64,000 nucleotides of DNA from Zootoca vivipara. Lineage: Eukaryota. Below are positions 1-13,000 of the stretch, piece after piece (positions within the stretch are counted from its first letter, which is position 1; the number at the start of each line of letters is the position of its first letter). The notes beneath the pieces are model-generated. The model saw nothing but the letters and a program-made list of their open reading frames with translations. It had not been told where the DNA came from and made no database searches. The position numbers and the translations under genes are program-made. The DNA lies in NCBI RefSeq assembly GCF_963506605.1, contig NC_083283.1, positions 39,742,001-39,806,000 on the forward strand, in the 5' to 3' direction.

Positions 1-2548
1 CACACACTTCCCTCTATTCACTTTCTCTGATTTCTGTCACTGGCCCCTTTCCAGAAGTTAACAGCCAGAAGCTGTGCAGCTTCTAAGAGGGGGGGGGGAG
101 ATACGTAAATCTCCTAATTACTCAAGATGTAAGATGTTAAATGTTACTCACCCTTATATGAACAATAGACAATTGCCCTTTACAATCATAGTTTCATCTA
201 CCTGTTCAATATGTTTTCCTGTAATTTGGTAGTAAAATAGATGCCTAACCTTAACCAACCTTCAGGCTTGAATCCAATACGTCATTTCCTGGAAGTAAGC
301 CTCACTGAACACAATAGGATGTAGTAATGAGTGGCTAAACATAGGACTGTATTTCATGAGCCAACTAGTAGTTTGTGATTTTTAACATTCATTTTTTCCG
401 CCGGACTCTTTTTGTCTGGAATGCAAAAATATACACATGCATTGAAAATAAAATAAAACAATACTGTCAGTCACTGATATGTCAAAATGTGTCTCCTCTG
501 CCCCTCCCATATCTCTGTCTTGCATAATAAGGGCAACTGTATCAAATTCTTCTGTATTGATGTCTAATTTGTAACATCTTTTGACATCCAAATGTCTGAG
601 AATAGACTCTCGGCTTTGACACTGAGGGTCATTAATAGCTGTGTGTCAAAGGCAGGTCGAACAGATATAGCTTTCCACATAAAAGTTAAGTTGTGATGGG
701 AGAATCTGTAAACTATACAGATTCTCCTTGCTGTTAAAGGCATAAGCATGAAGTTGAGACAGACCTGGGTGCTTTTGTTGATTTGGGTAAGATCTCAGAT
801 CCTGCTTCACCAAGCATAGAGTTATCCTTTATGCTCAACTTGAGGCTGCCTCCAAAAACAGTTTACCTGCGTTTCTTTCTCCTGACATCGTCCTTGTCCT
901 GACAACATTGTGCTGTGTCTTTCTCTGTCCTAGCTCTACATCACTGGCTATGGCCAGCAGAGCTGGAACAGTACGTACAATGTGATCATTTTACAATGAG
1001 AGAAAAGTGACCCTACACATCATGGAAGAAGAACCCATTTTCAGCGGCATTCTCATATTAACCATAGCATATAACTCTGCACTAAGATCCCTTCATTTCC
1101 TGAGATGCTCAGTGTTTGGCTACTCTGACAATGCACTGTGATGTTTGGCATTCCTATTCATTTGCTCGTTCCCCATCCATCTGTCATAATTAGCCAGCCT
1201 GGGTTAAAAGAAGAAGCTATGTCCCTTTACCCATAAAAATGGAGTTCTCTGCATTCAATTTAAGTGGAAGTCTAGTAGTTCACTATAGCCTACCCTCCCA
1301 CCTTCCAAGATAATCCAGTCAATGTGAGTTTATAAATGATGCAGCAGGTGAAGAATGGGGAGAGGGTTCTTTCTGCCTGCACAGGAAGGACTGTATTTGC
1401 AGTTTTCTCTTTGCACACCAAGCCCACTGGAAACTAAGCATAGACCCTGAGATCCCGGTTCCAATTCCTCCTTTTTCCTTCATCACTAGTGAAGAACAGT
1501 AGATCAAAAACAGCCACTGGCAATCGCTCCTGCTAAGGTGAAGTCAACCAACTGCTCAACTGGCTGAATTTAAAAGTTGAGAAATGTACACTGTCCCTAA
1601 CAGAGCATTGGCTGCTGCTGTCCAAGCTCAATCCACTGATAACACGATGGGTGGTTTGATCTCCGATTTTAAGGAAGCTGATGCAATGCTTCAGAATTAA
1701 AAGAGCAGCCTGATGGTCCATGAAAACGTTTCCTTCTCCAGCTTTCCGAATGAAAAGAGAGATCTGATTTCCCCTCTGATTTCCTCTCAACTGTGATCTT
1801 TTTCCTTCACCCTACTTCACCTTTCTGGCACTATGGTATGTATCTCTGGCCATCTTCATACAAACTCACCCCACTCAGGCAACAAGAGTCATGCTAATAC
1901 CATTTCAAAACCATGTAATGACATGCCTTGCACCCAGTGCCCGATGCTATTCGTTTTAGCCTAGCCACTTGGCTGACATGTCAAAACATTATGATTTATA
2001 CAGGAGTCTGAACAGGGGAGCCCAAGGGCCTAATTCACCAAAGCATTACTACACTGCTGTACTGGCGCAACTGCATTTGGCACAAGGCAATGGAAAATGA
2101 GAGCATTTATGCCTTTTGTGTGGCATGTACAAGCCTATCTCAGTGTTAGCTGGCATAACTGAACAGACTGGCACTTCTCTGGAATCGTACCCACAATGTA
2201 AAGTGGCTTGATCCCAGAGGTATTTTCTGCAGGAGAAGTTACTGCACTTTCCAGAATTAAACAGTTGTAGACATTCAGCAAAAGGGCAAGCTTTTAAAGC
2301 ACCCCACACAGCAGATACATTTTCTGAATGTATTTTTCTGTTTTTGGTAGTCTGCTGAGGATTTTCACACATTCCGTTAAGGAAGAAGTAAGTGACTGTG
2401 TCTTGAGGGGGGGGGGGGACATCAACAATCCTGCTACTTAATGTGTATTTAGCACAAGCCACATGGCAAGACCTGTGCCAAAGACAGAGGAGACACTATT
2501 CTGCCCAGTAATCTAACAATGATATTCAGAAGCTGCTTACTTTTGAAA

Positions 2549-2720
2549 GGGTGATAGCTCAGTAGGAGAACAACTGCTTTGCATGCAGAAGGTCCCAGGT
2601 TCCATCCCAAGCATCTCCAGGTAGAGCTGGTAATGTCCTCTGTCTGAAGCCACAGCCAGTCACTGTAGACAACACTGAGCAAGATAGACCAGTGACCTGA
2701 CTTAGCGTAAGGCAGCACCT
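2549..2720 (+). mobile_element. tRNA-derived SINE, degenerate (squamate type)
   Basis: A-box-like TAGCTCAGTAGG (2555), tRNA-like TTTGCATGCAGAAGGTCCCAGGTTCCATCCC with B-box-like end; related copy on - at ~42930-43100. Confidence 0.65.
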
Positions 2721-2794
2721 GTTTCATTTTGAAGGGATTTACCAAAAGAAATGTGGTTTAAATGGCAGGACTGGGAAACCTGTGCTGATCCAGA

Positions 2795-3310
2795 GGTATA
2801 GTGTTCAGATCAATGGGAGGAATAGTACCACTCCATTCTGCCTTGGTCGGAACCCACCTGGAATACTGTGTCTACTTTTGAGCATCACAGTTTAAGAAGG
2901 ATATTGACAAGCTGGAATGTGTACAGAGGAGGGCACCCAAGATGATCAAGGGTCTGCAAAACCAAGCCTTATGAGGAACAGTTGAGGGAGTTGGGTATGA
3001 ATAAAAGGAGACGGAGAGGAGATAACCATCTTCAAATATATCAAGGGCTTTTACATGGAAGATGGAGCATGCTTGTTTTGTCCTGCTCCAGAGGCTAGGA
3101 TCCAAACCAATAGAGTCATTGTTACAAGAAAGGAGATTCCAACTAAATATCAGGAAGAACTTTTTGACAGTCAGAGCTGTTCAACAGTGGACTGTCATGG
3201 AAGGTTGTGATCTCTCCTTCATTGAGGTTGGATGGCCATATGTCAGGGATTCTTTAGCTGTGATTCCTGCATGGCAGGGAGACTAGATGACCCGTAGGAT
3301 CATTTTCCAA
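2795..3310 (+). mobile_element. CR1-clade LINE 3' fragment
   Basis: Typical CR1 ORF2 end (CCACCTGGAATACTGTGT..., DIDKLECVQRRA, RRFQLNIRKNFLTVRAVQQW) and CR1-like 3' UTR, with frameshifts. Confidence 0.85.
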
Positions 3311-3402
3311 GGGAAAATTCACCTATGTTTCATTTACATCTTGTTGTCCTCCTGCAGTTATATGGTTCCATAATTCCAGGTGTTGTTGGACTCCAGCTAC
3401 TA

Positions 3403-3780
3403 CATAGCTGCCAAGTCACCCGTTTTTCGCAGGAAACCCCTGTATTTTAAACCGTTTCCCACTGGCAGCCCAGATTGGAAAAAATCCCTTAAATCCCCCG
3501 GATTTCCTACCTGCCAGGGAGGCTCCATTTGGGGTGCTGGCGCCGCCTGATTTCCGCTGCCCAGACATGGGTAGCGCGGCACCGGAAGTCGCTTCTACGC
3601 ATGTCCAGACATGCATAGAAGCGACTTCCAGTGCCGCTCCGCCCATGCCTGGGCACCGGAAATCGGGCGGCGCCAGCACCAGAAGTTGCTTCTACGCATG
3701 TCCAGACATACGTAGAAGCAACTTCCGGTGCCGCGCCGCTGCTGATCCTGCATTTTTCAGCGGGAGACTTGGCAGCTATG
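3403..3780. mobile_element. hAT-type non-autonomous element (CATAGCTGCCAAGT TIR family), 378 bp
   Basis: TIRs CATAGCTGCCAAGT / ACTTGGCAGCTATG; 8-bp TSD AGCTACTA at 3395-3402 and 3781-3788; internal palindromes. Confidence 0.9.
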
Positions 3781-5974
3781 AGCTACTATCAACTGCAGCC
3801 AACATGACTGGTGGTCATGGATGCTTGGAGTTGTTGCCTAACATCTGGAGGGCCATAGGTTTCCTAGCCCTAGTGTAAAACAAGAGAGAAAATGGTGAAG
3901 AACATGAGCCTAGCTTGAGCATGAAATTCTAAGTTTGGAGCAGAACACACACAAGGATGAAGCAATGGAGAAGCAGGGAAGCTGCTGCCAAAGAAGCAGA
4001 TTTAAAACTGAGATTTCAGGGGGGAGAGAGGCGTGCTGACACCCCAAAGTAATGTTGGGCTGCATGTGTATGCATATATACTTGGGAGTAAACATGCTTA
4101 GAACTGGGCTTTATACTTGCACCCCATCTCGATCCTGCCAATTGAACTGAATAGACCATAGCTTCTGTGTGTGTTTTAAAGTATTTTTTTTAATAAAATA
4201 AAAAACCTATGTACTTTGCTATAAAGAAAACACACTGACGGTTTTTCAGCATAGGTGTTCTTAAAGAAAAAAAAAATCAATGTAAACCACTCATGGATAA
4301 ACACCAGCCTTGGAGCCTGTTAACAGTTGAATTGCTACATGAAAGCAGATAACTTTACTTCTGCACTTGTTTTGGCATCTCCCAGATAAAGAAGTTATGC
4401 AGCTTGACAAAGCACTTTGCTCTTACAAGTCTTAACAGAACCACAGAGATTTTTTTTTCCATGTCTCCATTCCAACACCTGTTGCAGAGAAGGCTGGGGT
4501 GGTCTCAATGCAACTTCCCTACACACTTCCTTCATTCTATATATACACCCGTTTTATAGCCCTCAGTCTACTGGTACATTTTGTAGTACAGCTGGGTAGG
4601 AAAATATAGGTTTCAAGTGCACTTAGAAGTGAAAATACCCCCCCTCCCCGAATGAATTTTAAATGTTTAAACAGGATGAACCTGTGCTTGTGTTGCTCAA
4701 ATCCTTTCCATGCCTATAGGTTTGTTGGTAGTTCACAGAATCATACGGTAGAGTTGGGAGGGACCCCGGAGGGTCATCTAGTCCAACACCCTGCAATAGT
4801 TGAAGCTGTTGGCCCAAAAAAGCAGCAACAAATGAGACTGGTACTGTGTATATCAAGCTACTCCAAACTCGAGCATGAACCTTTGAATATTCTGTGCTGG
4901 CTAAAATGACCTAGGAATGATATCTTTCAACTGAAGCTAAAGAAAGTGGCTGTCTTAGCCATTCCTTTAGGAAAGGGGAGCTTGAATGTTCTGGGATCAT
5001 ATTCTTGCCTATCCTTTGTGAATTCCTCAGTCACTGTCAGCTAATCAAAAATGAGCACAGAATTAAATAATTTTCATTTATAGGAATGGCTCAATTTCCT
5101 CTAGAAAGGAAATGTGCAACATTGCACTAAGAAATTGGGAAAAAAAATCCCATGCAGCTTCACCCATTGCATGTTTACTCAGAAGCATGTCCAACTGAGG
5201 TCAACACAACAGTAATCAGCATGCAAATGGTTGCAGCCCTTTTGTGAATTCTGCATATCTCAATTACTGTCTTCCCATTTTGCGTCTGAGCTGTGTATAT
5301 GTTTTGTCTTGCAAAATGTCCCTGATCCAACTAAAAATTAGTGCACAATTACAGCAATGGGTCTTAAACAGAACTAACTTTAGTTGGATTGGGGCCATGG
5401 CGCCTCATTGCCAGTTCGTCAACAGCAAATACAAAATATTTCCTTAATCTATTAAACATCTCGGCTCAACTCCTCTTCACTTCCAAAAATAGCAACCCCC
5501 ACGTGACAAGCCAAAGACTCTCTCGTTAGTGTCTTTAAAAACTGGACTGTTTATCTTGGAATAACTTCCCCTCTACCCTCTGCCCTTTGCCCCTAATAAT
5601 GAACAGTTTGTCCTTAGCATTTTCATTATCCCACATCTGGGAAGCAGCCTTGTTTTTTGAAAGAATTAATTTTTACTTTGTTGGGATGCAACGTACTCCA
5701 GAGAGAGGTGAGGAAGTACAGTGAAATCTAAACTTATCCCTTACTGAACCTACTTAAATTAGCTCCACTAGTAGGCAGGAATTCTAAGACATTTTCTAGG
5801 CTCCCTCTGACAAGAGATTCTTCTTCCTCTGTTCTTCACAGCTATCCCAGTGGGAGGAGTTGAAACCTGACCCAAGTCCTCAGCTCCTAGAAGGGATTGG
5901 ATCCTCCTTGCGAAGAGCAAGGAATAAGTCTCTTGGCCAAACAGGCAGAGTTTGTAAAAGAACTTCAGCAAATC

Positions 5975-6045
5975 AGGAGTGATTGGATGAAAAGGAAACC
6001 CCTGACCCTCCCCTCCTGCACCTGACGAGTGGGTATTTACAGCAC
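5975..6045 (+). promoter_or_regulatory. Probable SNAI2 core promoter
   Basis: Reverse CCAAT (GATTGG, 5981-5986), E-box CACCTG (6019-6024) and TATA-like TATTTACA (6034-6041), about 190-240 bp upstream of the ATG. Function inferred from position. Confidence 0.5.
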
Positions 6046-6221
6046 TTTGCAAAGAGCCCTGCACTACACAATTTTACTGCATGGGGTGAGCAGAGAGGAC
6101 AATGCTGTAGAGGACCAATGTGCAAGCAGTGATTTTGTCTGCTGCTGCTGCCCAAAAGCTGGGGACCGTTATTCTGAAGCTGAAAGGAGGTTTCAGGAAG
6201 GAAGCAGCCCTGCATTTCAAG

Positions 6222-6300
6222 ATGCCACGATCCTTCTTGGTCAAGAAACATTTCAACTCTTCCAAAAAGCCGAACTATGGTGAACTGGATACTCACACAG
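6222..6300 (+). CDS. SNAI2: Snail family transcriptional repressor 2 (Slug), coding exon 1 (SNAG domain)
   Basis: ATG at 6222 gives MPRSFLVKKHFNSSKKPNYGELDTHT, the SNAG motif; 79 nt followed by donor GTAATC at 6301 (phase 1). Confidence 0.97.
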
Positions 6301-6416
6301 GTAATCCAAGGCTGAAAGCTGTATTCTAACTGCAAGTGCTGCTCTGATTGTTGTTGCTGAAGTGGGACTTTTCATAGTCTGGTGCAAACTTTTAACAAAC
6401 TTTTTTTTACAGCGTT

Positions 6417-6426
6417 TCTCTCTCCC

Positions 6427-6492
<66 letters not shown>
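6417..6492. repeat. (TC)n microsatellite in SNAI2 intron 1
   Basis: Visible TC dinucleotide run. Confidence 0.95.
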
Positions 6493-6495
<3 letters not shown>

Positions 6496-6881
6496 TAAAA
6501 AATGTCAGTGCCAACAGAATTAAAACTTCAACTTAGGAGTTTGCTTCATCGCTGATTTTTTTTTTTTTGCTCTCTGTTGCAAAATGAGTGACTTTTGGAA
6601 ATGTAAGAGAATGGTGTGGATTTTACTGCTGGATTTCCTCTGCCTGCAGCAGAGGCTTGGGGAGGAAAGCTGTGACTTTGAGCAGACCACCCAACTTATG
6701 TAAAGTTTTAACTAAAGTTACAGAATGTTATATTCATTCTGTATGTTTCATTGGAGCAGACTAATGTCAGTAGGATTTCATCACTTCCACTCCCCATGAG
6801 CATTGGATATATTGTACTGCTGTTATACAGAGAAAAATCTCTGTTGTCTTAAAACAATTCTCTTTTTTTCTTTTCTTCCAG

Positions 6882-7427
6882 TGATCATTTCCCCATACCT
6901 TTATGAGAGCTACCCCATGCCTATCATTCCACAGCCTGAGATCCTGAGCTCAGTTGCTTACAACCCCATCACAGTGTGGACTACAACTGGGCTGCTGCCT
7001 TCCCCTTTACCCAGTGACCTCTCACCTCTCTCCGGATACCCTTCATCTTTGGGAAGAGTCAGCCCACCTCCACATTCTGACACTTCATCTAAGGATCACA
7101 GTGGCTCGGAGAGTCCCATTAGTGATGAAGAAGAGAGGATCCAGTCCAAACTTTCCGACCCTCATGCAACTGAAGCAGAGAAATTTCAGTGCAGCTTATG
7201 CAATAAGACCTATTCAACTTTCTCTGGACTGGCGAAACATAAGCAGTTGCACTGTGATGCCCAGTCTAGGAAATCTTTCAGCTGTAAATACTGTGACAAG
7301 GAATATGTGAGCCTAGGGGCTCTTAAGATGCACATCAGGACCCACACACTACCTTGTGTCTGCAAGATCTGTGGAAAGGCTTTCTCTAGACCATGGTTAC
7401 TTCAAGGACACATCAGAACACATACTG
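6882..7427 (+). CDS. SNAI2: SNAI2 coding exon 2 (SLUG domain and C2H2 zinc fingers 1-3)
   Basis: Polypyrimidine tract and CAG acceptor ending at 6881; encodes [11 protein letters not shown]...[28 protein letters not shown] (SLUG domain, which separates SNAI2 from SNAI1) and zinc fingers to HIRTHT; donor GTAAGA at 7428; 546 nt. Confidence 0.97.
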
Positions 7428-9003
7428 GTAAGAGGGGAAATGTGATTGTGCATAACATGTATTGCTGCAATAATTCCATTTTTAAAAATCCATAGGGCTT
7501 TATGGTCAATTTCATGTTTTCCAGTTATACTGCTTGCTCTGCTAAATGTTCACCAGACTTCTTTTCTTTTTAAATCATTTATGAGTGGGTCAGCTTATAT
7601 ACTGGTGTAACACTTTTTCACTTTAGCGAACTTTAAAGTTTGCTTCAGCAAGCTGTCACAAGACAGGGATCCATTTGACCCTAAGAATTCCATGCTTCAA
7701 CAGGAGTGTTGGAACACGCTTTTGGAAGGAATGCAGGTGCAAGGTAGAAAAATCAGACAGCAAACAAGAGAGAAGGAAGTAAGCAGAAATACCAGGTTCC
7801 CTATGCAATAATCTGCAGTCAAGCATTGTATACAAGCAATGCACACCGTAAACCCCCTTAGTCAGCATATAGGCACAGAATTTTACACTCTGATCAAATG
7901 TGCAGTTCTTGGAAATGAGTTCCACAGAAAGCAATAGGTCTTACATGTAAGAAATATGTGTACTGTACAAAAGTCATTTAGAAGATCTGGCACCTCACTT
8001 TGCTAAACACAAAGGACCTGATCCCATGAAGTAAATCCCAGAGAAATAAATGAGAATTAAGGATTGTATTTTAAATAGAAGTTTCATTCCACTGACAGGG
8101 CAACAGGACAGATTAATGGGTTTGAAGGCATAGACGAATCTGCAAATTGCAATCCAAAGCTGGAATTTTATGTACAGTTACCTAGGAGTAAGTCCCACTG
8201 AACTTCATACAATATGAACGTCACTGTGAGCAACAAAAGTTAACCTTAAGACAAAAAACACTGTGATTCAAACACTTATCATAGAAAGAATTTCTGATTT
8301 TCTTCAATGGTACTAAACACCTTCAAGCTGCAGTCCTGTGCTTCATTCAGTAGGGGGAAGCTCCACAGCCAGCCTAATTTCCAAAGAGAATTTGGCTGCG
8401 TAGCCTTTAAGTCCCACTAAATTCGGCTGCACTTACTTCTGTGAACAATGCCTAGGGCCAGAGTGTAAGTCAAAAATGTTCACAGATTTGAGTAGCTTGT
8501 GCATTAATTGCAACCTTTTATTGATCATGTGCAAGTGAGTCCTCTTGCTACTCCTTGTCCTGCCTCTGTTCCAAGGAAGCAGAGTGCAATGCTGAAGCAT
8601 TCAATCTGATGGGAATTCTGCCATTCACACCAATGGCATGTAAAATACAGCCTTAGGCAGCAGTAGGCGTTGCACAGGATACAGTAAACGAATGGAAGGA
8701 ACATATGGAAATGCTGGGTGGAGCCCAGCCTGCAGGCACTGGCTGCACCTGCTGAAGCAGAAAGTGTCAGTGGCTTGTCATTTAATGCACCATGAATCCT
8801 GCAAACTCTGAAAAGTATGAAATAATGAATGGACAGCCTGCAGTGTAATGAATGGACCCTTTAATAATATATAGAACCCAAACACCATTTTCACCGGCAT
8901 GATGCTTTTTTATTCCTCTGCAAAACGACTTGTCCCATTTATACAGAAAGGTCCTTACTTGAGCTTTAAAACGATTAAACCTCTTTTGTGTATTTCTTTC
9001 CAG

Positions 9004-9185
9004 GAGAGAAGCCTTTTTCGTGCCCTCATTGCAACAGAGCATTTGCAGACAGGTCAAATTTGAGGGCCCACTTGCAGACCCATTCGGATGTGAAGAAATA
9101 CCAATGCAAAAACTGTTCAAAAACTTTCTCACGAATGTCTCTTCTGCACAAACATGAGGAATCTGGCTGCTGTGTAGCTCACTGA
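9004..9185 (+). CDS. SNAI2: SNAI2 coding exon 3 (zinc fingers 4-5, stop)
   Basis: Acceptor TTTCTTTCCAG ending at 9003; encodes [60 protein letters not shown]; exon sum 79+546+182=807 nt = 268 aa plus stop. Confidence 0.97.
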
Positions 9186-10065
9186 ATTTGCCTGGGCTGT
9201 GAACATTTCTCTACTCCTTTTCAACAGAACAGGAGGAACCCTCAGCCCTGGAGGTGGTTTATATTTTACTTCCCAACTCAACAACTCCACTGGAAGATGC
9301 AAATAACATCAGATTGCTTTTTAGTTCAATTGTTAAGCTTGACAATTGTGTGATACAAAGGAAATCAAAACATCTTAAATACGGGAAGATGGAAAAGCCA
9401 AATGGACGACTTTTTTTTTAAAAAAAACTAAAATTTACATTCCAAAACTAAGTTTTGCCAGATACCAAATATCACAGGTGCTTTTCAGTGTCTTCTATAT
9501 CAAGTCATTATGTGGTGAATAGGACAGGTTGCTATTATTTCTTAGAATAGTGTGCTTCTTGATCAGCACCCTGAATTGTCTTCAGATTTCATCATTAGAA
9601 GAGAAGAAGAATGTATGTCCAGTTGTCTTAACAGTATGTGCCTTTGTAAAACTGTCACTGCAGACATTCCTAGGCGCATGCTTGATACACACTTCTTTTT
9701 TTAAAAAAAACCTATTGTGATTGTTAACTTGTGATGTTGTTGTTGTTTTTATATAAAAAAAGGGGAATAAGTGCAAGCGTGAGGGTTAATGGGATTTTGA
9801 CAATGGATTTCTTAAGAGCTTTTTTTTCCTAAATGCACAAAGGAAATGCAATAGCCTAAGCAATGCCCTCCAGTGCCTTTTTTAAAAAAGAAAGAAAGAA
9901 AGAAAGAAAACGAATACCTTTGTTTATTGACATAATGTAAATAGTTTTATTTTTATATGGCTGAATGTGTTCTGAATCAAAATATTATCTATAGCCATGT
10001 CTATAGATATCTTGAAGAAAGTATGGATACAAATTGTATTGTTTTCTAGAAATAATTTTTGTATA

Positions 10066-10071
10066 AATAAA
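10066..10071 (+). terminator. Probable SNAI2 polyadenylation signal
   Basis: AATAAA at the end of an AT-rich ~0.9-kb 3' UTR-like region after the stop at 9185. Confidence 0.6.
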
Positions 10072-13000
10072 CATTTTTAAGAAATACTTGTGCAGAGTCC
10101 CATCTGCACCACTTCTCCCCACCACACACACACCAACACACACATGGACCCTGGTGCTGATTGTCAGTAGGAAAGCGCGACAAGTGGGGGGAGGGGAGAT
10201 CTCTGTGTACAGGCTGGAGTCAGTGTTAACTAGGTCTGTAGGTCTTAATCTCCATGGCTAAGGACTGATCAAAGAGCAAGACTCTGATAAAAGACTCTGA
10301 TAAAAACCCCATCTGTGAAGTTTAACAGAGTCATGCTAGTAACCAGTGAGGATACGATCTTAGAAACGAAATTTTGCACCTCTGGGTTTCCTGGAGAAAA
10401 TGCAGTAAAATATGAAAATGCAGTAAACTATGTAAGTGTCAATCTTGAAATCCATTCCGCATAATTGTAGCAAACTGATATGAAGTCCTTTGTTAGAAGC
10501 AACTAACCATTTTATCTTGATTACAAACATATTGTTGCATAATTAAGGATAAATAAAAGTATGCCATCTGGCTGTACACTGGTCTCAGTACACACCAAGC
10601 AGTCAAAGGACATATCAAGCCAATCTGATGGCTCCAAATGAACTGTGGATATAAATGCACATCCAGAAGCACAATTGCATTGACTGGTGTGCGTCTGCTT
10701 TCTATACTTGGGTTTCCATTGCTATATCAAAGCTCACTGGCCCTGAAACTAATTTCTTGCTGTGAATACTTGATTTCACATTAATCAGCAATACCCCCAA
10801 CCCTTTTAAAAAGTTTATTTCCAAATTTTTAAGTGTTCTTTCCAAGCAATAAATGTGACAATTTGAATCAAAATGTGGTCATTGTGAACATCACTCTGTT
10901 AGGCACCTTCATGAAAGGGACAGTATTTTTGTAGCCCAATGTGTCTGAAATACGGCAAATAAGCCATTTAAGTGGGATTGCAATGGATGCCCAGTAAGAT
11001 GGAACTCTCAGTTTCCCCATCAAATAATGCTGTTGTAGCAATGCTGTAATCTCATCTTTAGAGGTGATGACATCCCTCACATCTGCAGATATCTATAGGA
11101 TCAGGGAGCATGATACTTTGAATGCCGGTTCAGACTGAAGATGATTGAAAGCACCCTCCTGTAACCTGTACCTTTTATGCTTGAGACACTCCATGGCCAT
11201 CAAAAGCATTCTGATTGTGACATGAACAAAAATAACAACAATAATTCTCATTGTAGTGGCTGGCCTTCCGGATTAAATCATTAGAAAAAATGTAGTGTGG
11301 TTCAACGAAAATCATTAAGTTTTGTTGATTTCAAGCCAAGAAATTTAAACATGTGTTTAATTTTCCCATTTTAACCATTAGGACTTAAACCTTAGACACT
11401 ATATTTCATTCCCTAGTTGCAAATACATGCATGTTTTCGGCGACCCTTGATCCATATAACAACCCTGCATATCCCCATATTACATACAGAGAGCTGAGCC
11501 TGAAAGGTAACCACCTTGCTTGAGACCATGTAGATCTCAAAGTTGAACTGGGGGCCATCTATCTCATACCTCATGCGCTTAGCAACTCTGCTGTACTTCT
11601 GGTACAGCTGCAATCATTTCCAGTCATTCCCCCCCTGGCCACAAGTTCCAGAAGGCACACAATACTAGCAGTGGCTCCTGCTGCTGCAGCACAAGGAAGT
11701 GGCTGGTGGAACTTGCTCAAAGGTCCAAGGGGTTCCCAGGCTCAGTCTATGAGCTAGCATTTCATCAGAGAACTAGCCAGAGACACTAAACCACAAAGCA
11801 GTTATAAACACAGGATTTTTTTTAAAAAAAATTAGTGACTTGACTTATGTTTTCCAGGATTTGACTCTGTCATTGTGGCACGGTGAATGACACAAGCAAA
11901 CCCTGTATCAGAAGTGTGAATGACGCTTTTACGTGCCCTGGATCAAATGACATAGGCATGAGTCAGGGCCGCAGCATCTGCTCTGCAGCGCTAAGAAGAG
12001 TTAAAAAGTAGGTCAGTAAAGAAAGCAGATGAGACTGAACACAAAGCATCTGGTTTCTTCCATGAGATGTCATTTCATTACCATTGCGTTTCAGATCGCA
12101 TGGTCTCTGTAAGAGGACTCTGCAGCAGGCGGTTGCAACATCCCCATCTGTTACTATGTACATTAGCAGGTAAGGACGGAAGCAGGATTTTAGTTTTGAT
12201 CCACAACAAATAAGAACGCAGTACTTGCCATTCCAACAATGCATCTTAGCTCCGAGAAATAGTGGTTGAAACCCACAAGCCATTTGCACGGGCGTGTGAA
12301 CCAATCTCATCCCACTGCTGTCAGTGAATCCATGACAGTTCAATATGGCTTCACGTCTCACATAACAATGTTTGTTTTCATAAAAATTAATTTAAATATA
12401 CAGCTAATATCCCACCAGCAGGAAAGTTGCAACTAGGGTATGGTCTGAGAGCACATGAATCCGTTGCCTTGCTGAAGCTAAGCTGGTTTGGGCTGGTTAG
12501 TTACCTGGATGACAGACCACCTCTGAACCACATGTAAGTTGCCTTGGGTTTGATTATGGAAGAAAGGTAGGATATAAATGTAAGAAAATAAATAAAATCA
12601 ATTAAATACTGTTTGGTATTTCTTGGAGAGCTTCTTCATACGATTTAATCCCACCCCAGTACAAGAAGTAGTGTCCATGAGTGTAGAATGTCTATTTTCC
12701 AGAATTATTTTTAATATCATCTAAGTTTGCCTGGCACTTCGCAGCCAATCAATCATCCACATTAGTCAAGTTTGATGTCTTCCAATATTTAACATTGTTA
12801 AGTGTGAAGTGCAGTTAATGAATTGCAAACTAAACAAACACTGATGTTCTAGTTTTATAGTTTGTTAAGTAAAATCCACTCACTGGATTTTGGACATTCA
12901 TTCAGCCCAGCAAGGGTGGAATGAGACAGCAGAATATTAAAACGGCAAATACCCAAGAGCAATATGAATTTAGAAAAGTGTTGCTAGCATTTGATCCCAA

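Noticed and set aside
270-345. Recurrent short hairpin repeat (GTAAGTCCCACTGA-like; also ~8180, 21650, 48720, 49600, 51810, 62870)
   Set aside because: Old, degenerate dispersed repeat with boundaries too uncertain to call and nothing locus-specific.
6120-6221. N-terminal extension of SNAI2 from an upstream GTG
   Set aside because: The SNAG domain needs to be at the N-terminus (MPRSF), and ATG 6222 has good context.
6803-7495. 230-aa single-exon zinc-finger ORF
   Set aside because: It is SNAI2 exon 2 read through into introns; splice sites define 6882-7427.
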